From positions 1 to 40,213 of IMG/VR virus record IMGVR_UViG_3300029825_000020: a stretch of 40,213 nucleotides of DNA; one strand, 5' to 3'. This stretch comes from a virus. Taxonomy: Duplodnaviria > Caudoviricetes. This document shows positions 33,700-40,213 of the stretch, one piece after another. The number at the start of each line of letters is the position of its first letter. The first letter of the stretch is position 1. The position numbers and the translations under genes were made by a program. The notes under the pieces were generated by a model that was not told the origin of the DNA, ran no database searches, and saw nothing but the letters and a program-made list of their open reading frames with translations.

Positions 33700-34554
33700 A
33701 TGAACGTTAATAACGTAGCCAGAGGATTCATACCGGAACTATTCGATGCAAGTGTGTATCGCACATTAGAGGACAATCTTGTCCTAAAGAAAATTTGTAC
33801 TGCTGCTTTAAAAGCACCCATCAAGGAATATGGTGACACCGTATATTTCACTGACCTTGCCGATCCCACCATTACCGATTACACCGGAACCCTAAACGCT
33901 GAGGACTTGGTTGATTCTCAGATCGCCATGCTGATTGATAAGACTAAAACCTTCGCCTTTAAAGTGCATGACGTTGACAGACTTATGGCAAACGTAGACC
34001 TCAAAGGTTCACAGGCTGAGAGAGCCGCCTATTCGTTGAAAGATGCAGTAGAGAGAGATGTATTCCGTTATGTTGGCGATTATGCTAATGCCGGCACTGC
34101 ACTTACCGCAACCATAGATGCTAGTCTTGCCATCAGTACAGTATCTGAACTAGCACGGCGGTTGTATGAGAACAACGTACAGGACAGCAATATGTGGATG
34201 CTTATTCCCCCGTGGATGATGATTAAACTGAAAATTGCCGGTATCGAATTTAGCATTAACGAAGGTATCAACGGCAAGGGTGGCATGCAATGGTCGAAAG
34301 ACCTTGGTTTCGATGTGTATGTAACCAATACCGTCTACAATGCCAATACTCAGGCGGCTCCGGTATCAACCGTACTGGCGGGTTCATATCAGGCCATTGG
34401 TTATGCTGACCAGCAGTTAACAACCCGTACCATTGAACTGTCTGGAAGTCGTTCTACTCAGTTGGACGGTGGACTGGTTTATGGTTACAAGGTAATTAAA
34501 CCGAAGGAGCTGGCGAAACTTACTGCCACCTTCCAAGCTGAGGCGGCTATTTGA
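33700..34554 (+). CDS. Major capsid protein (P22-coat-like)
   Basis: FIPELF, IKEYGDTV, LIDKTKTFAFKV.DVD, GFDVY.TN and VYGYKVIKP; position after the scaffold. Confidence 0.88.
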   Translation: MNVNNVARGFIPELFDASVYRTLEDNLVLKKICTAALKAPIKEYGDTVYFTDLADPTITDYTGTLNAEDLVDSQIAMLIDKTKTFAFKVHDVDRLMANVDLKGSQAERAAYSLKDAVERDVFRYVGDYANAGTALTATIDASLAISTVSELARRLYENNVQDSNMWMLIPPWMMIKLKIAGIEFSINEGINGKGGMQWSKDLGFDVYVTNTVYNANTQAAPVSTVLAGSYQAIGYADQQLTTRTIELSGSRSTQLDGGLVYGYKVIKPKELAKLTATFQAEAAI

Positions 34555-34563
34555 CCTTAAACA

Positions 34564-34593
34564 TTAACAACCTCCATTAAAAGTTGCTATACT
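34564..34593 (+). promoter_or_regulatory. Putative promoter of the HNH gene
   Basis: TTAACA-18 bp-TATACT with extended TG. Confidence 0.5.
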
Positions 34594-34612
34594 ATATAAG
34601 AGGTGATTTACT

Positions 34613-35245
34613 ATGAGCAAACTCATAAATATAGTGGGGCAAAAATATGGAAGGTTATTGGTGTTAGAAAAAGCCGAATCTCAAAAAGGACGCACTTTAT
34701 GGAAGTGTCTTTGTGATTGTGGTAATGAGGTTGTAATACAGGGATTATTGTTAAAGAATGGACATACCAAGAGTTGTGGTTGCCTCCGTAAAGAAATGGC
34801 AGCGGAGGCGAAAACCACACATGGTATGGGGAAAACCAAACTAAATTATGTTTGGTTGGACATGAAGGGTAGATGTTTGCGCCCAACCCATCGAAGTTAC
34901 AAAAACTATGGCGGGAGAGGTATAACATATACTAAGGATTGGGAAACATTTGAGGGGTTTTATGCCGATATGGGTTCTACTTATCAAGAGGGTTTAACTT
35001 TAGATAGGATAGATAACAACAAGGGGTACAGTAAAGATAACTGCCGTTGGACTACTGTATTAATTCAAAATAACAATAAAAGAAATAGTGCTTTAGAAAC
35101 GGTAGATGGTATAACTGCAACTCGTTCTCAATTGAGCGATATGTATGGAATACCGAGATGTACTTTTTATTGGCGAATAAACGCCGGAATGAGCGTGGAG
35201 GAAGCATTAAAAACCCCACGGAGGAAACCTAAGTTAAACCGATAA
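34613..35245 (+). CDS. Free-standing HNH homing endonuclease-like protein
   Basis: GQKYGRL, WKCLCDCG, TKSCGC, NYGGRGI and LTLDRIDNNKGYSKDNCRW. Confidence 0.88.
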   Translation: MSKLINIVGQKYGRLLVLEKAESQKGRTLWKCLCDCGNEVVIQGLLLKNGHTKSCGCLRKEMAAEAKTTHGMGKTKLNYVWLDMKGRCLRPTHRSYKNYGGRGITYTKDWETFEGFYADMGSTYQEGLTLDRIDNNKGYSKDNCRWTTVLIQNNNKRNSALETVDGITATRSQLSDMYGIPRCTFYWRINAGMSVEEALKTPRRKPKLNR

Positions 35246-35264
35246 TAGAAAGGATGATTGAATA

Positions 35265-35654
35265 ATGGGTAATATAGCGATTGTAAATAGTCTTGTTGCT
35301 AAGATGGCAACTAATCAAGTGCTGACCATGACCGCTGCCGATGAAGATAATGCGGGCGTAGCACAGAAATTCGTCTATACCCCTACCGGAAAAGACAGTA
35401 AAATTTGTTTTGTTATCTATAATGGCGCAACCGAGAAACTTGATGTGACCATATCTGCCGGTAGTGGGGTTTTTGGACTTCCTGCCAAAACCACTCAGAT
35501 TCCCAATGTTGCCGGATATTATCTTATCCAGTTAGAAACTGGTCATTACAGACAGGCAAATGGGACGGTAGAATTGTCCCTTGACCCGAATAATGTCGCA
35601 AAGAAACTGACAACCGACCACGGTGTCACCGTTGGGTGCATAGAATTAATCTAA
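35265..35654 (+). CDS. Putative capsid decoration protein
   Basis: Beta-rich, 129 aa, after the capsid gene and before a terminator; has the same GAAAGGATGATT RBS as the capsid gene. Confidence 0.55.
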   Translation: MGNIAIVNSLVAKMATNQVLTMTAADEDNAGVAQKFVYTPTGKDSKICFVIYNGATEKLDVTISAGSGVFGLPAKTTQIPNVAGYYLIQLETGHYRQANGTVELSLDPNNVAKKLTTDHGVTVGCIELI

Positions 35655-35659
35655 TTATA

Positions 35660-35690
35660 AGAGGGGGCTTTTGCCCCCTCTCTTTTGTTT
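35660..35690 (+). terminator. Intrinsic terminator after the capsid genes
   Basis: AGAGGGGGC-TTTT-GCCCCCTCT followed by CTTTTGTTT. Confidence 0.85.
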
Positions 35691-35701
35691 AGGAGGACAT
35701 A

Positions 35702-35989
35702 ATGTTATTTTACGGTACGCCTGGGGAGGCAGTAAGAGTAGCTAAGCCAAAGAGAGGCGGCAAAGGATTCAATTATGAGGTAAAGGGTAGGTTTAATGCA
35801 GAGGGACATTTTGAAACAGATGATCCGACATTGATCGAGAAGTTAAAACGCAAGTATAAATGGTACAATCCCGATGCCTACCATTGTACCAAGTGTGATT
35901 TCCAAACCACCCGGAGAGGGGAGTTTTCGGTACATTACCGACATAAACACCCAAAACCTATATACGATGATTGGGAGGAAGATGAATGA
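35702..35989 (+). CDS. Small protein with C2H2 zinc finger
   Basis: YHCTKCDFQTTRRGEFSVHYRHKH (C-x2-C-x12-H-x4-H); AGGAGG RBS. Confidence 0.75.
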   Translation: MLFYGTPGEAVRVAKPKRGGKGFNYEVKGRFNAEGHFETDDPTLIEKLKRKYKWYNPDAYHCTKCDFQTTRRGEFSVHYRHKHPKPIYDDWEEDE

Positions 35990-37029
35990 GCCAAGCATTA
36001 ATGAATTTCCTAGGGCAATCCTTGGGTAAGGGACAGGCAACAGGGGGTACTAAGACTACCCTGTTAGATACTAGAAAAGTATTTGTGGATGGGATGCTTA
36101 ACGGCAGGATAATCCGTATGACCATAGGCGGGATAGACTACTACCGTACTATTACAGGCACAACCGCATCAACGTCAACTATTACATTTCCAACCCTGCC
36201 AGGGACACCGGCATCTTGTGCATGGACAGCAGTAGCGGGTCATGTGATAACCACCACTAGCGTAGCCGATGGGGGCAACGATTATACCATCGTAGCGGCA
36301 TTGGCAGTAGGCAAAAATAAACCGTTGGCAGTTACATTGGTAGGCAATGTAATCACCATAGCACTTGCAACAGGAGCAGGGGGAGCAAGTAACGATGCTG
36401 CTAATACTACAACCTTGGTAGCGGCTGCGATAGATGCCTTGGCAGAATTTACTTCTAGCGTAACGTCTGGTGGTGGTTCTGGCGTAGTAGCGGCAACCTC
36501 CGCACCCGTAGCGTTCAGCGGTGGTGTAGATGAAGTAAAACCTGTTAGCGGTACTCATTATGAGGTTGTTGGTGGCATAGGTAGTGCCGTGTCACTATCG
36601 GGCAGTAATGTTGAGCAAGATGGTAGCTTAAAAACTACTATGACAACTGCTCTGGATTCTGATTACGATTCCATTAATGTAGATAAAATGGGAAAGGGCG
36701 GTGTAACTACCGTTCATTCTGCTATTGCCGATACTGCGACAAGTGATGAAGTTGATTGTCGTGGGTATAATGCTGTTTTAATTGAGGTGGCAATATCCGC
36801 GGAGGCTAAACTTTGGACATTTAAAGTACAGGGCTGCATGGTCAGCGGCGGCACATTCGTTGATTGGTATGAGATGGCAAACACCGGGACTATGAATTTA
36901 ATGAGTTATCAGACCAATACTAGTAAGGGTTGGGTATTCAAGGGTATACCTGACTACATCAAGATAGTAGCGACTGAGGATGAAGATACTGCAACTTGTA
37001 CCGTTAAAGTCCAACCCCTTAACTTATAG
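35986..37029 (+). CDS. Virion fibre/appendage protein
   Basis: Thr/Ala/Gly-rich beta modules; located in the structural cluster. Confidence 0.6.
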   Translation: MSQALMNFLGQSLGKGQATGGTKTTLLDTRKVFVDGMLNGRIIRMTIGGIDYYRTITGTTASTSTITFPTLPGTPASCAWTAVAGHVITTTSVADGGNDYTIVAALAVGKNKPLAVTLVGNVITIALATGAGGASNDAANTTTLVAAAIDALAEFTSSVTSGGGSGVVAATSAPVAFSGGVDEVKPVSGTHYEVVGGIGSAVSLSGSNVEQDGSLKTTMTTALDSDYDSINVDKMGKGGVTTVHSAIADTATSDEVDCRGYNAVLIEVAISAEAKLWTFKVQGCMVSGGTFVDWYEMANTGTMNLMSYQTNTSKGWVFKGIPDYIKIVATEDEDTATCTVKVQPLNL

Positions 37030-37042
37030 GGGGGGTGTAAAC

Positions 37043-38260
37043 ATGACAAGAAATGCGTTACCACAAAACTATATTGTAAACCAAGGCACATTATTAGACG
37101 ATTTTGAAACTGCAGGAAGTTATACTGGCGTTTATGGCTGTACAGTAGCGGCAAACACAACCGAGTACAAAACCGGGAGTAAGTCATTAAAGGTTACGGG
37201 GAACGTTGGAGTTGGATGTTCTTTTGACAAGGTTATTAATGCTAATTTATCAACTGATTGCAAAAATATGGGCATATGGATTTATTTTCATAGTGATCCC
37301 GCTACAACTTTAGCATATGCAATAATATTTTTAAGTTCTACCGCTGATTTTTCAAAACATTTTTATAAAGCAATTAGCTTAACTACTAACCCAGAATTAA
37401 AAATAGGTTGGAATTGGATTCCTCTTTATGGCATAGGATCAGGCGTAGCTTGGACTAATGTTGGCTCAGATAGTTGGGATAGTCCCAGAATAAGAATGCG
37501 TATATCTATAAACTCAAAAGCTGGTCAACAAGCAATTATGTCGTTTGATTCTTGGTATGTTGGTATAAAATACAGACCAAAAGCGTTAATTATGTTTGAC
37601 GATTGTACTTTATCTAGCTATACAGAGGGTTTTAGTTATATGCAAACCAAGGGAATAAAGGGTACATCTTATATTAATAGCGCAGTTATAAACAGTACAC
37701 AGGAAGCACAACTAGTCGAAATGTATAATGCTGGATGGGCAATAGGGAATCATAGTAGTACTCACGAAGATTTTGGCGCATTATCACAGGCAGTTATTGA
37801 AGAAAGGTTGCAAGCTTGCACAGACTGGCTTTTGGCTCATGGGTTTAACAGAGGAGCATATCATGTTGCTTATCCATTTGGCACTCAAAATGCGGCGGTA
37901 TTGGCGGCAATGGCTAAATTAGGGATGAAAACTGGTAGAAGCGTTACTGCATATTATCAAAGAACCCCTCCGCAAAATAAGTATATTTTAGGATCTAGTT
38001 CTATTGGTGAAAGTACAAGATCACTTGCAACGGCTAAAGGTTATGTTGACTCTGCAATAGCTGCTGGACATTCAATGTTCTTTTTGTTTCATCACCTTGC
38101 TGTATCTGCAGCATCGGCAACATGGGCAATAGCAGATTTTCATACATTTATTGATTATCTTATAGAACGTGGAGTAGAATGTGTGACTATTGATGAATGG
38201 TACGAGGGGTTGACTAATCCGAGATATAGATCAGTTCCACTTAGCAGAGCAACAGTCTAA
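37043..38260 (+). CDS. Polysaccharide deacetylase (NodB/CE4) with N-terminal carbohydrate-binding-like domain
   Basis: IMFDD, IGNHSSTH, AYPFG and FLFHH. ATG 37043 after a G-rich RBS is preferred to the track start at 36980. Confidence 0.88.
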   Translation: MTRNALPQNYIVNQGTLLDDFETAGSYTGVYGCTVAANTTEYKTGSKSLKVTGNVGVGCSFDKVINANLSTDCKNMGIWIYFHSDPATTLAYAIIFLSSTADFSKHFYKAISLTTNPELKIGWNWIPLYGIGSGVAWTNVGSDSWDSPRIRMRISINSKAGQQAIMSFDSWYVGIKYRPKALIMFDDCTLSSYTEGFSYMQTKGIKGTSYINSAVINSTQEAQLVEMYNAGWAIGNHSSTHEDFGALSQAVIEERLQACTDWLLAHGFNRGAYHVAYPFGTQNAAVLAAMAKLGMKTGRSVTAYYQRTPPQNKYILGSSSIGESTRSLATAKGYVDSAIAAGHSMFFLFHHLAVSAASATWAIADFHTFIDYLIERGVECVTIDEWYEGLTNPRYRSVPLSRATV

Positions 38261-38287
38261 TTCAATAAACGGACAAGCGAATATGGA

Positions 38288-38317
38288 ATAAGGCCACTCC
38301 TTCGGGGGTGGTCTTAT
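38288..38317 (+). terminator. UUCG-capped hairpin (weak terminator or mRNA stability element)
   Basis: ATAAGGCCACTCC-TTCG-GGGGTGGTCTTAT; poor U tract. Confidence 0.5.
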
Positions 38318-38331
38318 AATGGGGTGATGTA

Positions 38332-38601
38332 ATGGCACAGACACAGATAATCAGGTGTATCAAGTGCAACAATGTACTCGGCACAGTCGATGCCTTAAAT
38401 GGTGATTACAAAGGCATAACCTTCAATCAGAAGTTAGACAAATTGGAAAAAGAAATAGCAAAACTTGAAGGCAAGACAGACAAGATCATCAAGAAAACAC
38501 AGACCAAAGCAGGGTACAGGGTGCAGAAAGAATCAAAGGTAAATATAGAAGAACGTAAGGCCGTGACTTGCTCATGCGGTCAAGTTAATGGGATTTACTG
38601 A
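38332..38601 (+). CDS. Small zinc-ribbon-like protein with inserted coiled coil
   Basis: IRCIKCNNVLG ... VTCSCGQVN. Confidence 0.6.
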   Translation: MAQTQIIRCIKCNNVLGTVDALNGDYKGITFNQKLDKLEKEIAKLEGKTDKIIKKTQTKAGYRVQKESKVNIEERKAVTCSCGQVNGIY

Positions 38602-38618
38602 GTCAAGGGGGTGAAACA

Positions 38619-39284
38619 TTGGCAACCACAGACGCAATCATAGATTCTTGCTTGGAGGCGATAGGAGAGTCAGACACAACTAATCCGGTCTTAATGACCA
38701 GGGCAAAGGTGCTGGCGTTATGCAACACCATCTACCTTGATGCAATGAAGAAAGTACGGGCATTGGCAACATATTCTTATGATGCCTCAGATGCCAACCA
38801 TACCATAACCAATGGGGTAGGCACTCTACCAACAGACTATCTAATGATGCACAGGGTATATGACGGTGATGCACCCGATGATTACCCCTTGAATTGGACA
38901 AAGAGCATTGATGACAAAGTGAATGACGCGGATACTACCACGCAATTCATGATTCCCGACTCTCAGACATTATGGATATTCGGCAAAACTCCTACCAATA
39001 CAGTCAAGATTTACTATTACAAGAAACCTACCGCCTTGACTGATGCCGGTTCATCGACACCTACATTGCTTGACGAGAAATTCCATGTCGGGGTGAAGGG
39101 GATATTTGAGGCAGGAGTAAAAGCTGAATACGCCAAGAGGGATAATTCGACCTATGACCAACTAGATATGTTGGCTTTATATCAAGACTTGTTGGACGAG
39201 ATAGGTGCATACCACAACCGCAATAAGGTTGATGATGACACTAATCTTATTGTCAATATGTATGGAGGGTGTGATGTTGGTTGA
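38619..39284 (+). CDS. Head-tail adaptor protein
   Basis: LPTDYL.M.RV, LWIFG.TP, KIYYYKKPTAL and LDEKFH; directly upstream of the nozzle gene. Confidence 0.75.
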   Translation: MATTDAIIDSCLEAIGESDTTNPVLMTRAKVLALCNTIYLDAMKKVRALATYSYDASDANHTITNGVGTLPTDYLMMHRVYDGDAPDDYPLNWTKSIDDKVNDADTTTQFMIPDSQTLWIFGKTPTNTVKIYYYKKPTALTDAGSSTPTLLDEKFHVGVKGIFEAGVKAEYAKRDNSTYDQLDMLALYQDLLDEIGAYHNRNKVDDDTNLIVNMYGGCDVG

Positions 39285-40213
39285 GTTTTAATAATGTATT
39301 ACAACGCAAGGGCAGACTGAGCCAACAAAAGCGTGACCAACTCCTAGAATACGCCAATATCGTAGGTGTCAACTATGCCGATTCGATATACACGATGGCA
39401 GAGAATCAGAGTCCATACGCTAAGAATGTAGACTTTGGTGATCCTATCGGTTGCTTCACTAAACGTAAAGGTTATGAATCCCTTATAACCTCATTGGGTA
39501 CAGGGAAGGTGCTTGGCCTTAACAACTGGCAGCATAGCGTTGGTGACAAAATGCTTATGGCATGGGGAAATGACCTCTATGTATTGGGTGGCACGGTAGG
39601 TAGTGTAGCCAAGTCAAGCGATGCGGATTGGAACGCAGGGACACATAATCTTACAGAGGTAAGTAGCGGGGATATTGTTTTATCTAATGGAACATGGACA
39701 GATGCCATTACCGCCACCGCAGATTTCAATGGTTCACATAGTAACACTGCTGCCGCTAGTGACAAGGTTAGTTTGGTGGATGCTACCGTAAGTCAAACTG
39801 TCGTTATAACCCAAAATGTTGCCACGGGTACAGATGTCACAATTAATTCCACTACCTCACAAGGACAGACCATAACGATGCCCACGGGGGTAACCAATGT
39901 TAGTTCAATACAAGTTGGTGTGGATTTAGTTACGACAAGCGGCGATGTAACCATGACCTTCTATGATGGTGTCGCAAAGTCCAATACGCTAGGTTCAGCA
40001 GTAGTAAGTATAACCACAACAGGCACTAAGACATTCGCAGTAGGGGCATTGGGATTAACTGTCGGAGAAACCTATTATTTTGAACTAACTACCGCAAGTG
40101 CGAGTATAAAGATTAAGGCTTCCGATACATCCGATTATGTCGATGGAGCCAGGTATTTAAATGGTTCAGTTATGACCAATGACTTGACTTTTTGGGTTTA
40201 TACCGCCACACCG
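39281..40213 (+). CDS. N-terminal part of the tail nozzle gene (continues at base 1), absent from the ORF track
   Basis: The TTG overlaps the adaptor stop (TTGA). Reads MSFNNVLQRK..GVNYADS..ENQSPYAKNVDF..FTKRKGY, in frame with 40115 (= base 1). Confidence 0.8.
   Translation, partial: MSFNNVLQRKGRLSQQKRDQLLEYANIVGVNYADSIYTMAENQSPYAKNVDFGDPIGCFTKRKGYESLITSLGTGKVLGLNNWQHSVGDKMLMAWGNDLYVLGGTVGSVAKSSDADWNAGTHNLTEVSSGDIVLSNGTWTDAITATADFNGSHSNTAAASDKVSLVDATVSQTVVITQNVATGTDVTINSTTSQGQTITMPTGVTNVSSIQVGVDLVTTSGDVTMTFYDGVAKSNTLGSAVVSITTTGTKTFAVGALGLTVGETYYFELTTASASIKIKASDTSDYVDGARYLNGSVMTNDLTFWVYTATP
40115..40212. repeat. Terminal direct repeat, copy 2
   Basis: Identical to bases 1-98. Confidence 0.95.

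Noticed and set aside
34555-35264. Group I intron around the HNH gene
   Set aside because: The flanks are only about 58 and 19 nt, too short for an intron core, and both neighbouring genes look intact.
1-40213. Stop-codon reassignment
   Set aside because: TAA, TAG and TGA all end full-length genes, coding density is high in code 11, and the tRNA is not a suppressor.

Overview
This window is most likely a complete, circularly permuted tailed-phage genome of about 40.1 kb. Bases 40115-40212 repeat bases 1-98, and one tail gene reads in frame across the join. The gene order is podovirus-like and the host is probably a Bacillota/Clostridia member, inferred from the sigmaA promoters, strong Shine-Dalgarno sites and a stalk-domain protein. 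The plus-strand late arm (26.4 kb to the end, then 1-10.5 kb) carries tRNA-Thr, TerS, a DNA methyltransferase, TerL, portal, a metallophosphoesterase, scaffold, major capsid protein, a free-standing HNH endonuclease, fibre and polysaccharide-deacetylase appendages, adaptor, nozzle, two ejection-type proteins (one with an LPD38-like domain) and a five-gene lysis block that includes a papain-like protease. The minus-strand arm (25.2 kb to 10.6 kb) carries an early operon of small genes ending in a short tyrosine recombinase, then a replication operon (PD-(D/E)XK nuclease, ERF, DnaB, PAPS reductase, RuvC-like, sigma-like, radical SAM, ThyX-like, SSB). The most striking signals are non-coding. (1) A ladder of about 500 bp of different palindromes resembling operators of unrelated host proteins (XerD, ArsR/SmtB, TetR, Rrf2, ArgR) lies just upstream of the early promoter. 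(2) An 11-nt motif is repeated at most early gene junctions and brackets the recombinase. (3) Three covarying pseudoknot-like units cover the scaffold start. (4) A four-way-junction RNA precedes the tRNA. All calls come from reading motifs by eye; no searches were run.
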